A stretch of 64,000 bases of DNA from Azolla caroliniana (taxonomy: Eukaryota > Plantae > Polypodiophyta). Each line of letters begins with the position of its first letter. Within the stretch, counting starts at the first letter, position 1. The notes beneath the pieces are model-generated. The model worked only from the letters and a program-made list of their open reading frames with translations. It was not told the origin of the DNA and made no database searches. Below are positions 45,318-57,287 of the stretch, in pieces. The stretch covers positions 7,502,001-7,566,000 of the forward strand of contig JBHGNT010000014.1 in assembly GCA_043228905.1 (NCBI GenBank), in the 5' to 3' direction. A program made the translations under genes and the position numbers.

Positions 45318-47615
45318 ACGTCCCATTCGGGAACGACGGCAAACAAACCTACCTCAAAAATGTCTTTCATGTCCCAACCATCACTAAAAACCTGATCTCG
45401 GTATGCCAGATTTTCGAAAAAGGGATGCAAGTGCGGTTCAATGATGAAGGGTGCTTCATCGAAAAAGAAGGTCGCCTCATTGCTCACGGTCGCTGAGAAG
45501 GTAAAATGTTTATCCTCGAATCAAACGAGGTAAAGTCGGCAATGTATGCAAAAGGCCTTAAAGTGGAAACCGACTTGAAATGTGGCACAAGAGAATTGGC
45601 CACATTAATCTCCAGAAGCTCCAGAACATGCATTCGAAAGGAGTCGTAATCGAACTCCCGAACTTTACCGAGAAGGAGATTACGGGCGTATGCGAGGCGT
45701 GCCAATTCGGAAAACCACCGGCATCCATTCCCGAAAGAGAGGAATGTGAGCAAAGGGCTCCTGGATGTGGTACATTCAGATGTATGGGGACCGGCATAGA
45801 CAGCCACATTCGGCGGTTGCCAATACTATGTCACATTCATCGACGATTTCTCAAGGCACACTTGGATCTACCCGATGAGACAGAAGAGCGAAGTGTTCGG
45901 ACACGTTCAAATGTTCAAAAATGAAGTCGAAAAAGCCACGGGTCGACATGTACGTTGCCTTCAATCGGATGGAGGCAAAGAATATTTCTCAAAGGTGTTT
46001 ATGGCATATCTCCGAAAGGAAGGAATACAACTAGAATTCTCATGCCGGCACACACATCAGCAAAAAGGCGTAGCCGAACGAAAGAATCGGCATATAATAG
46101 AGGTTGCACGGGCAATGATGAACGAGAAGAACCTGCCGAAATCGTACTGGGTAGAAGTGGCTAACACAAGTATATATCTAATGAACCGGTGTACAACATC
46201 CGGCATGCATGAGGTTACCCCACATGAGAAGTTTTATGGAAAGAACCTAGACCTATCACATGTTTGGACATTTGGCTCCATCACCTATGTGCATGTTCTA
46301 GAAGAGATGCAACAAAAGCTCAACCCAGAGTCGGAGAAATGTATCCTCATAGTATACTCATTGGAGCAAAAGGGGTACAAATGCTATAACCCCTATGCGA
46401 AAGGTTCGTGTGAGTTGAGATGTCGTTTTCGACGAGTCAACATCTTGGTATGCACCAGAGACAACCTCAATTTTAACTCAGTTCGGTCCGGGATCAGCCA
46501 ATCAAGAGATGTTAGATACAGATAGACTCGGACACATATATGAAGACAACCCACTTACGACAAGGCTGATTGGCCCACAAGAGCCTCCGAGTAATCACAA
46601 CACATCTCGACCACCTCCGAAGCTAGACAAGGGGAAGGCCAAAATGCCAGAATATGAAGACCTGATGGACAATGAGTCAACTCACTCCCTCGATAGTGAG
46701 TTCGACGGCCTCTACATCCGGACAAATGGAGCAAAGAAAGCATTAGTCTCTGCGAACGAGAAGCTACATTAGTCCACCCGTGAAAAGAACCCTATAAGCC
46801 AATTCGGCTTCGATGAGTACATGGTGTATCATTACACCTTTATGATGAAGGTAGCAACTATCCGAGAGCCAGAAACATTTTATGAAGCCGTGAAGGACCC
46901 GTGATGGGTCGACGCGATGAATAAAGAAATGCAGGCCTTGTGCAAAAACGAGACATGGGACCTTGTTCGCCATTCACCTCACAGGAAAGCAATTGGTTGC
47001 AAATGGATCTATTAGGTCAAATACAACGTCAATGGCTCTGTAAATCACTTCAAAGCATGACTTTGCAAAAGGATACACACAAACGCACGGAGCCGATTAC
47101 GAGGAGACATTTGCCCCAATGGCAAAGATGACGACTATGCGGACCGTAATTGCACTCACAACTACAAAAGGGTGGCCTCTCCACCAGATGGACGTAAAGA
47201 ACTCCTTCCTCCAAGGAGAATTAGAAGAGGAGGTTTTCATGATTCAACCCCCCAGTTTCGAATCGAAAAATCATCCGAAAGTAGTATGTAGACTAAAGAA
47301 GCTACTCTATGGCCTTAAGAAAGCACCACGTGCCTGGCATTCGAAGATTACTCAGTATCTTCATTAAAGTGGCTTTCGAATGTCGAAATCGGACATCTCC
47401 CTATACATCCGAAACGAGTCGAACAACTCGATTATCATCATCCTGTATGTGGATAATCTGGTCATTGGAGGAAAGGATTTGGCCGAGATAAATAAGGTAA
47501 AATCACTCCTACTTGGCAAATTCGAAATGAAAGATATGCACGAGCTCCATTACTTCCTTGGTATCGAAGTAATTCGGACACTAGTCGGGATATTGATCTC
47601 TCAACGACACTACCC

Positions 47616-50092
47616 TAGTTGACCCTCCCCGACACTGTAAACCGATCGGATGTAAGTGGGTGTACAAGGTAAAGTACAATGCCGACGGTTCGGTTAACCG
47701 GTACAAGGCCTGGTTAGTGGCGAAGGGATACGTGCATGCAGACCACGGAATCAACTACGACGAGACCTTCACTCCGGTAGCGAAGATGATGACGGTTCGT
47801 GTGGTGCTGGCGGTTGTAGCGGCAAGGGGGTGGCATCTTCACCAGATGAATGTGAAGAATGCATTTCTTCAAGGCGATCTTGAAGAAAAGGTCTTTATGA
47901 TCCAACCCCTTGGTTTCCAGTCGAAGATGAACAAGTCGGCGGTATGCCGACTAAAGAAGTCACATTATGGCCTAAAGCAAGCCCCCCGAGCTTGGAATGC
48001 GAAGATCACGCACCGGTTGCGTAAGATGGGGTTTGCGGCCTCCAAGTTTGACTCTTCGTTGTTCATTCGGCAAGGTCCAGACGGTCCGGTTTGCAACTTG
48101 CTGTATGCTAATGATCTAGTCATCACCAGACCCGAACTCGATGAAATCAGCCGAGTCAAGTCCCAACTGTCGAATGCATTTGAGATGAAGGACCTGGGGG
48201 ACCTTCATTATTTCCTTGGGATCGAGGTGATCCGAACCCACGACGGCATATTGCTCTCACAAAGACATTATGTGTTGAATATGTTGTACAAGTTTGGCAT
48301 GACGAAATGCCGACCGATCTCCACACCTCTGGACCGGAACCAAAAGCTCTGTCCCGACTCCGGACCGGCCTGCGATCAGAAGCAGTTCCGACATATCGTC
48401 GGAAGCCTCATATATTTGACAATCACCCGACCCGACATTAGTTATCCGGTCGGCGTGATCAGCCATGGAGCACCTTCTGTGCGCGTATCAAATTTTGTGA
48501 TATGTGAGCGGCACGAAGGACCGGGGACTATTATACAAGCATGGTATAACTGAGGAGCTAGTCGGCTACACCGATGCCGACTGGGCCGGCGATGCATCGG
48601 ATCGTTGATCCACGTCCGGCTATATGTTTTCCCTTGGTAGCGTGGCTATTGCGTGGAGTAGCAAAAAGCAGCCAACAGTGGCCCTTTCGAGCACTGACGT
48701 TGAATACTGGGGCGCTACCATTGCCACTTGTGAAGCCATTTGACTTCGACGACTGCTGCAAGACCTGCGGATCGAGGTGCAGACCCCGATCCTGATCTAC
48801 TGCAACAACATAAGCAACATGCAGCTCGCCAAGAACCCCGTATTCCATGCTCGCACAAAGCACATAGAAGTGCACTACCACTTCGTGCGTGAGCGTGTCC
48901 TAAGCAGTGAAGTCAAACTTCCGTATGTTCATATGGATTGGCAAGTTGCCGACATCTTCACCAAACTGCTCGGATTGGACAAGTCGCAACACTTCACTGA
49001 AATTCTTGGTGTTCAACATCTCGACGTGCCACACTTGAGGGGGAGAACATGCAAAGACACCGGAACGAGCAAAGACAAAGAAACTACCGATTGCGCCGAT
49101 GAGGGAAGAACCAACAAAGGGAGAGACAAGAAGAAGAAAGGAGCCGAGCTGACAAAGGAAGTTGACACATCCGAACAAATTGGAACAAATCGGAACAAGC
49201 GGTAGTGGCGGTAGAGTCAGGAAGGACAGAGCCGACCGGAAGAATAAGGCCAAGACCTGGAGATGGTCCGATGTGGTGAAGGGCCTGGAACCGGAAGACG
49301 AATCAAGAGCGACCGATTCAGACAAGAGCTGGAACGAATCGGAGATAGTTGATTCGGTTCAACAGACGGATTTGGAAGAACCGGATCAATTCAAGACCAA
49401 GAGGACGAGAAGGCAGTGAAAGTCGACGCCAACATGAAGGAATCGGCGAATCGGCAAGCGTCGAAGTCACAACAGCAAGGGAGCTGAATTGGACCTATTG
49501 AGCAGAGAAGCCGACCGAGGAGGTTGAGGTGCGCATAATCAGAAGGGTCACGACATACGGGACCAGACCGGACAAGGAGCGCAAACGAGGCGGAGTGACG
49601 CTAGAAGGAGACGGGTGTAAGGACCGACTGCCATGGAGACTGACACTATGATCCGGCCTCAAGTTGAGCTTGAGGGGGAGTGTTGAGCGGCAAGCTCAAC
49701 CGGATCTAGATCGGCTGAATAAGCCCGAGCCGAATTGGCATTCGGAAAGGATGAGCCGGATCGGTGAGCCGGTGAGCTGGGGAGCCGGGTAGCCGGATCC
49801 AGTAGTAACCGGAAGCCTAGTAGCAACCTAGACTACTAGGTAGTTAATGTCTCGTACTTAGTGTCAGACGCTCGTGTGAGCATTGAAGTACACCGTACTT
49901 CTGCCAGTCCTCTTAGGACTTGTATAAATAGTGTTGTTGAGCACGTTGTATACAGAGAGTATTTTACAGAGTTGATGATAATAGATTTAAGTTGTTCTGC
50001 TCTTTCTCTATCTCTCCTATGTACCTTCTGTGTGTTAATCTCTCTCTCTCTGTGTTGCTATCCGGCTAAGCAAGTTGTCTAATGCTTCTACA
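47616..50092 (+). mobile_element. Element G: 3' half of a copia (RT, RNaseH, charged tail, PPT, 3' LTR 49681-50092)
   Basis: A second RT starts at PIGCKWVYKVKYNADGSVNRYKA; RH motifs GYTDADWAGD, KNPVFHARTKHIEVHYHFVRE, QVADIFTK; PPT TTGAGGGGGAG; LTR TGTTGAG...CTACA, which differs from the LTR of F. Confidence 0.85.
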
Positions 50093-50249
50093 CCTTCGTT
50101 TTCACAGGTCACATCAGCTCACTTTTGTGGTGGGGATCACGTCGGTTTCTTGCTAGCGCTACCGTTTGTGTTGTGTATTGGGTCAACCTTGACTATTTAC
50201 CCTCTCATTATAGAAGAAGTCAACTTGACTGCTTCACATGCACTCCTTC

Positions 50250-50580
50250 GCCCGTTTGTGTTCCAGTTCCTAGTGAGGGTTGCATGGTCACTCACTCTGG
50301 TTCGTGTTCCAGTTCTTAGTGAGGACCACATGGTCGCTCACGCCCGTGTTCGTGTTTCTAATGGGGACCGCACATGGTCACTCACGTTCCAATTCCCGAT
50401 GAGGGCCACACATGGTCACTCATGCGAACGTGTTCCAGTTCTCGATGAGGACCATGTGGTCGCTCACTCCCGTTTGTGTTCCAGTTCCCAGTGAGGACCG
50501 CATGGTTATTCATGCCTGTTTGTGTTCCCGGAGAGGGCCACATGGTCGCTCATGCCCGTTCGTGTTCAAGTTCCTGATGA
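50250..50580 (+). repeat. ~45-bp tandem repeat (about 7-8 copies) in the LTR of H
   Basis: Recurrent GTGTTCCAGTTC...GAGGACCACATGGTCGCTCA. Confidence 0.85.
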
Positions 50581-51953
50581 TGGCCTAGTGAGGAAGGTGA
50601 GAGCGGCGCTATTGCCTAGTGAGGTTTGACGCCAAGAGCCCTGTGTTGTTGATACACTCTGTGTGTAGAGTGTTGTATTTTAATCTTATCTTGTATTCTC
50701 TTATGTATAGTGGAATCTTTGTTCTCTCGTGCTTTTCCCCATTTAGGGTTTCCACGTAAAACTGTGTATTCTGTGTATTTGTTGTGTTTCTATCTTTCCG
50801 CGATATTGTGAATCACACAGTTGGTTCCTCTCAAGAATCAAAGAGAGCAAATCCTTACAAACCGGTATCACATCACGAGGTTGAAGATGGAAGGGAGTGT
50901 TAGCGGCTTCCTAGGCATGATTGTTCTAAACACTCAAAAATATGCAGATTGGAAGATAAAGATGGGAGACTTTCTCATAGTCAAAGACCTGTACGAGCCA
51001 ATCGAGAGAAAAAAAAATACCCACAGGGGTATTAGAGTCAGAATGGAAACTTCTCAACAGAAAGGCGGTGGCCACCATCCGACAGTGCGTCGATGTAAGT
51101 GTCCTTTAGCATGTGGTGAACGACACAAATGCCTATGAGATGTGGCAGAAGCTGTCAGGCCTATATGAGAGGAAGAATGCCCGCAACAAAACATCTTTGA
51201 TGAGATATATTGTAAGGCTGAAATACAGGGACAGGGAAAGCATAGTCGAACATGTAAGCACATTCATGGGGTATGTGAACCAACTTGTGGAAACCGAGTT
51301 TCCCCTTGACGATGCAATGCAGACCATCTTGCTATTGTGCACCCTGCTAGACAACTAGGAGAATCTAGTGGTGACTCTCAACACCTCGTGTCAGGAAGAG
51401 ACTTGTCTCTACTAGTAGTAAAGACAAGCATCTTGAACGAGGAGACTAGAAGGAAGGACAAGGGTGTCCTGGTCAAGTCAGAGTCAAACCTGACGGGAAC
51501 TCAACGCTCTGTATGCACTAAGCTCGGCCACAACCGAGATTCTTTTCATACATAGAAAAAAACAGGAAACGAAAACACGACACAAAGAGGAGAAAGATAC
51601 ACAGGAGGTTTACGTGGAAAACCCCAAACTAGGGGAAAAACCATGGCAGCCCACGGGCTGCAAACTGTCACTGTGTAAGAATGTACAAAACAGTGAGTTC
51701 ACGGAGGCAACGACCTCGTGCTCACGATCTTCGCCACACGCGGCGGTTACAACAGAGGAAATGACCTCTTTCACTCTCTCTCTCTCTCTCTCTCTCTGTA
51801 CACTATTACGTGCTCTCTCTTCTTCTTGCACCAACAAGGAAAAAAATGACAACCACAACTAAAAGTTTGCCCTAAGTCATATTTATACTAATATGACTTT
51901 TCGGCTATTTACAAATATAGCCTCGATGGGCTCTTAGAAACATATTTACGAAT

Positions 51954-54900
51954 GCCGGCTTCCACAACCGCCATGTACTCCGCCTCTGTGGTTGACAATG
52001 CAACCGTCTTCTGCAGCCTCGACTGCCACGAAACAGCTCCCCCTGCATATGTCATTACATACCCAGATGTAGACCGGCTGGTATCCACATCAGCCGACAT
52101 GTCCGAATCGGTGAAACCGTCCAGTTGAGGTTTTCCGGAGCCGAATCGGAGACACATATTTGAAGTGCCCTTCAAATACCGGAGTATCCATTTGACCGCG
52201 TTCCAGGCTCCTTGCCGGGATTGCTCATAAACCGGCTCACCACTCCGATTGCGTATCCTATGTCTGGTCGGGTATAAACCATTGCGTACATCAAGCTCCC
52301 GACGGCAGAGGCATATGGAATCTTCATCATATCCGCCTTCTCTGCTTTCGTCTTTGGGCTTTGCTTACCGGACAACTTGCAGTTTGCCGAAAGTGTCGAT
52401 CCGACCGGTTTTGCTTCTGACATGTTGAGCCGGTGAAGCACCTTTGTCACATACTTCTCCTGTCACAGCCATAATTGCTTCACTGACCGGTCCCGAATGA
52501 TGTGCATCCCCAGCATCTGTCTTGCCGGACCCAAGTCTTTCATTGAGAAGGTCCGGTTGAGAGCCTTCTTCAGCATCCGTATTTTGACTTGGTCCCGTCC
52601 GACGATCAACATGTCATCCACGTACAGAAAGAGTATCAGGAAGTCTCCTCCTTCGAACTTCTTCACAAACACGCAGTGATCGGCCTGCGTCTTGTGGTAC
52701 CCTTGATCGGTCATGAAGGAGTCGAACTTCCGGTACCATTGTCGGGGAGCCTGCTTTAGTCCGTACAGGCTCTTCTTCAACCGGCATACCAGGTGCTCCT
52801 TCCCTTTCTCCACGAATCCTTCCGGTTGCTGCATGTAGATCTCCTCTTCGAGGTCGCCGTGAAGGAATGTCGTCTTCACGTCCAGCTGCTCTACCTCGAG
52901 GTCCATGCTTGCTGCTATACTCAGCACCGTCTGGATAGAGGTCATCTTTACTACTGGGGCAAATATCTCGTCGAAGTCCACGCCCTTCTTCTGCTGGAAC
53001 CCTTTCACCACGATCCTGGCTTTGTATCTCAGGGGGTTGCCGGCATCTCCCGGTTTCAACTTGTACACCCACTTGTTTCGGAGTTCCCGCTTTCCTTTCA
53101 GCAGCTCCACGAATTCGTACGTATGGTTCTCATGCAGGGAATCCATCTCGTCATGCATGGCACTTAACCATTTTCGGCTGTGGGTGTCTTCCTTCGCTTC
53201 TTCGAAGCTTTCCGGCTCCCCCTCATCGGTTAGCAGAACATGATCTGCATCCGGAAATCTCCGGGGGGCCCTTCTCTCTCTAATAGGATATCTCCGTCTT
53301 CGGGCTTCGGTAACCGGCTCCTCCATTTGCTCTTCATCCGAATCTGATTCGGGGTCTTGGCCGGTTCCAGTCTCAGCTTCCTCTACCTCTTCTTCTGCCG
53401 GTTCGGTATCCTCACCGTAACCGGCTGGTTCCTCGAGTGCTAACCGGTCTCTTTCCGGTTGGGTCTGCTCATCGTAGAGTCTATCGTTACCGGTCGACTC
53501 GGAGTTCATTATCTTCTTCTCCGACTCCCAGTCGGCGAGCGTCTTGTTCTCCATGAAGATAATATCTCGACTTCGGAATACCTTCTTGTCGACCAAGTCC
53601 CACACTCGGTAGCCGAACTCATCGTCACTGTAACCGAGGAATATGCATGGCCGGGTCTTTGGATCTAACTTTCCTCTCCGGTCCTTAGCTACATGCACGT
53701 ACGCGAGACACCCGAACACCTTCAGATGCCGGTAGGATACTTCCTTACCAGTCCACACTCTCTGTGGCGTGTCTCCGTCCAAGGGTACTAAGGGTGATCT
53801 ATTTATCACGTATGTCGCCGTCGACAGTGCCTCAGCCCAAAACTTCTTGGGTAGTTTTGCATGCGCTAGCATACTCTGGACCCTCTCCATTATGGTCCGG
53901 TTCATCCTCTCGGCCAGCCCGTTTAGTTCCGGCGTCTTCGGCACGGTAAATTCGAGCCGGATTCCCTTCGAGCGGTAGTACTCCTCGAACTGCCCCCGGT
54001 ATTCTCCTCCGTTATCTGCTCGAACCGCCTTCAGCTTCCGGCCGGTTTCTCTTTCCACTCTCGCGTGGAGCTCTTTGAAGACGGATAGCACCTGATCCTT
54101 CGTCTTCAACAGTGTGGCCCACAGCTTCTGGCTGTGGTCATCTATAAACGTCACAAAGTACTGCGCTTCGGCATGTGACTTCGTGTCTAATTGACACACA
54201 TCCGTATGCACCAACTCTAGTGGTGCATTACGTCTCATCGGTGGCCTTGGTCGGAAGGAGGTCCGGTTTTGTTTATCGGCCAGACAGTCAGTGCACTTCT
54301 CCAAGTGCACGTTCTTCACTGGAATGAGGTTGTCGTCTGCAAGCCTCTTCATCCCCTTCTCGCTCATGTGACACAACCTCTTGTGCCACAGCTCACCGGT
54401 AGTGTTGGATGCCACGTTCACTTCTTTCGGGCATAACCGGGCATTCATCAGGTACAATGTGTTGACCTTCCGGGCCCGAGCCACAATCAGGCTCCCTTTG
54501 CTGAACTTCATGACACCATTCCGGATGCTACCCGTGTAGCCTTCATCATCTAGCCGACCGGCTGATATCAGGTTCAGACGAACCTCCGGAATGTGTCGGA
54601 CATCCTTCAACAGCAACTTGCATCCGGTTGGTGTTGACAGCCACACGTCTCCTATGCTGATTATTCGGCATGTACCTTCATTCCCCATCCGGACACAACC
54701 GTGGTCACCGGCTGAGTAGGATGAGAAGCATTTTCGGTCCGGGGTAAGGTGGAACGACGCTCCGGAGTCTACCACCCAGGTCATCTCTTCGCCGGCAAGG
54801 TTTATCTCACTCTCCTCGGTGATGAGCATCAACTCTTCTTCACTTGCCGCGATTGCTGTCGTTCCCTTCCGGTCCGTCCCCTTCCGGTCTTTACCGTTCC

Positions 54901-55687
54901 GTTCTTTACCGTTCCGGTCCGGGGTTTGCTTCGAATCGGTACCGTCGGTTTCTTTGTCTTTACGGAAATGCCGACAGTTCTTTTGGAAGTGTCCCGGCTT
55001 GCCGCAATAGAAGCAAGTAGGCCTTCCCCTTGACTTTGACCGTGTCCCCGACTTCTCCCGGTTCTGGGGACTACGGTTTCTATGTCTTCCGCGTTCTGAT
55101 TCGGTAAGGAGCGCTTTGGAGTCGGAGCTCGTATCTTTTTCTTTCCGATGCGCCTCCTCATCTAGCAAGCTCGACTTTACTCTTGCTAGGGATAACCGTT
55201 TTCCTTCCGGCCCGGCGTTCCCCAAAGTGACAACCAACGTCTCCCAGCTATCCGGGAGGGAACCGAGCAGGAGTAGCGCTAGTACCTCATCGGCAAGAGG
55301 CACTTCCACTGAAGTTGCCTGGTGGATCAGCCCCTGGAAGGCATTCATGTGCTCCGCCATGCTGGAGCCATCTTGGTACCAGAGTCTTACTAGCTTCCGG
55401 AATACCGACACCTGATTGACAACATTTTTGTTCTGAAACATTATGCCGATCTTCTCCCAAAGCTCATGAGCCTTGCTCTCTTCATTGAAGTTGTTGTATA
55501 GGCTCATGTCGATGAAGCACCGTATGTACGCTGTTGTCTTCATGTGCATCACCTCCCATATTGCGGCGTCGATTTTGTCCGGTCTCTTGTCCCCGAACTG
55601 AACCGACAGCCAGAGGTCTTTAACTACAAGCATGTCCCTCATCTTCGACTTCCACACTGAATAGTTGGAGCCGGTGAGCTTGAACAT
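51954..55687 (-). pseudogene. Gag-PR-INT-RT-RH polyprotein of I (1074-aa open stretch, then stop, frameshift and truncation)
   Basis: CFYCGKPGHFQKNC; WVVDSGAS; LWHKRLCH..CTDC; VHTD, RADNGGEY, NGLAERMNRT; LYVDDML; FTDSD, STTEAEY. Confidence 0.93.
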
Positions 55688-56179
55688 GCCGCCAAATGAT
55701 TTCGCTCTGATACCACTTGACGGGAACTCAACGCTCCTTATGCACTAAGCTCGGCCACAACCGAGATTCTTTTCATACATAGAAAAAAACAGGAAACGAA
55801 AACACGACACAAAGAGCAGAAAGATACATAGGAGGTTTACGTGGAAAACCCCAAACTAGGGGAAAAACCACGGCAGCCCACGGGCTGCAAACTGTCACTG
55901 TGTAAGAATGTACAAAACAGTGAGTTCACGGAGGCAACGACCTCGTGCTCACGATCTTCGCCACAGGTGGCGGTTACAACAGAGGCAATGACCTCTTTCA
56001 CTCTCTCTCTCTCTCTCTCTGTACACTATTACGTGCTCTCTCTTCTTCTTGCACCAACAAGGAAAAAAATGACAACCACAACTAAAAGTTTGCCCTAAGT
56101 CATATTTATACTAATATGACTTTTCGGCTATTTACAAATATAGCCTCGATGGGCTCTCAGAAACATATTTACGAATATG

Positions 56180-56505
56180 TCTCTTCCTCCGGTTCTCATC
56201 GGGTCTGCGTCATCCGGCTCTCCGTAGCCGGGTGCTCCTCATCCGGTTCTCACCGAGCCTGTATCATCCGGCTCTCCGTAGCCGGGTACTCCTCATCCGG
56301 TGCATACCGGGTCTGCACCATTCGGCTCTCCGTAACCGGGTACTCCTCATCCGGTTCTCACCGGGCCTGTACCGTCCGGTTCTCCGTAACCGGGTACTCC
56401 TCATCCGGTCTTCACCGGGTCTGTATCATCCGGCTCTCCGTAGCCGGGTACTCCTCATCCGGTCTTCACCGGGTCTGTATCATCCGGCTCTCCGTAGCCG
56501 GGTCC
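56180..56505. repeat. 54-bp tandem repeat x6 in U3 of the element I LTR
   Basis: Unit CTCCTCATCCGGTTCTCACCGGGTCTGTATCATCCGGCTCTCCGTAGCCGGGTA; visible as 18-aa periodicity in the ORF track. Confidence 0.92.
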
Positions 56506-57287
56506 ACCTCATACGGATTCGGCCGAGTTTGTTTGTCAGCACTGTTCTTCTCCCTTCCCATCCGGAGGGACCTGTCTCCCAACAAAACCTGACTCAACAT
56601 ACCGGTAGAGGAAGGAACTGGTAAAGGAGTCCACCAAGGAGAGAAAAGTCCAATGCTAAATCCAAGTCCAAAGGTAAGCTAACATGCTTCTATTATGGAA
56701 AACTTGGACACTTTCAAAAGGACTGTCAACACCTCAAGAAGGACAAGAGTGTCGGCAATAATGTTGAACCCAAGAAGATTCCTGATGAAAAGGGTACATC
56801 GGTTGTAGCTAATAGTGCAGAAGAGATCCTATTCATTTGTGAACAGGCAAGCACAAATCTAGCAAGGGAAGAGTGCACCTGGGTAATCGACTCGGGTGCA
56901 TCACTCCACATAACTCCATTGAGAGAGTGTTTTTCGACTTACATAGCCGGGGATCATGGCTATGTAAAGATGGGAGATCATGGAGAGTGCAAGATAGCCA
57001 GCATTGGATGCATGTGCCTGATGATGTCGACTGGTTGTCGACTGATACTGATGGAAGTTCAACATGTCCGCGATATCAGATTGAATCTAATATCGATTGG
57101 AAGATTGGACGACGAAAGCTATAGTGGTAGCTTCCGAAAGGGCATGTGGAAGTTCTGTCGTGGTAACCTCATAGTGGCCCGAGCACAAAAGGAGGGAACA
57201 CTGTATATGATGCATGTGTGACTGTGCAAGTTGGAAGCGAATGTGGCAACTGACTCGGGTAGAGAGTTATGGCACAAGCGACTTGGC

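Larger units (their letters stand above)
36609..47615 (+). mobile_element. Element F: degenerate copia interrupted by element E
   Basis: LTR 36609-36890; decayed Met PBS 36891-36903; gag from 36973 (EKLDRTNFASWEYKM); protease WFVDSG ~37886. The frame HIGNVPFGNDGK is restored on removing E. INT 45560-46420; RT 46900-47615. Confidence 0.85.
51491..56584 (-). mobile_element. Element I: Tork/TNT1-like copia, near complete, with deletion of the RNaseH end, PPT and U3 of the 3' LTR
   Basis: TSD AAACC at 51486-90 and 56585-89; 5' LTR 55718-56584; Met PBS TGGTATCAGAGC at 55704-55715; partial 3' LTR 51491-51953. Confidence 0.95.
50093..57287 (+). mobile_element. Element H: degenerate Tork-like copia, 5' part (host of I and J)
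   Basis: LTR part to ~50859; decayed PBS ~50863; gag from 50887 (LNTQKYADWKIKM). The frame ESNLTQHTGRGR is restored on removing I. Protease WVIDSGAS ~56880; LWHKRLG cut at 57287. Confidence 0.85.

Noticed and set aside
36609-50092. Single full-length copia spanning F and G
   Set aside because: The LTRs do not match and RT is present twice.
56116-56624. Repeat proteins (18-aa units) on the plus strand
   Set aside because: Translation of the 54-bp LTR array.
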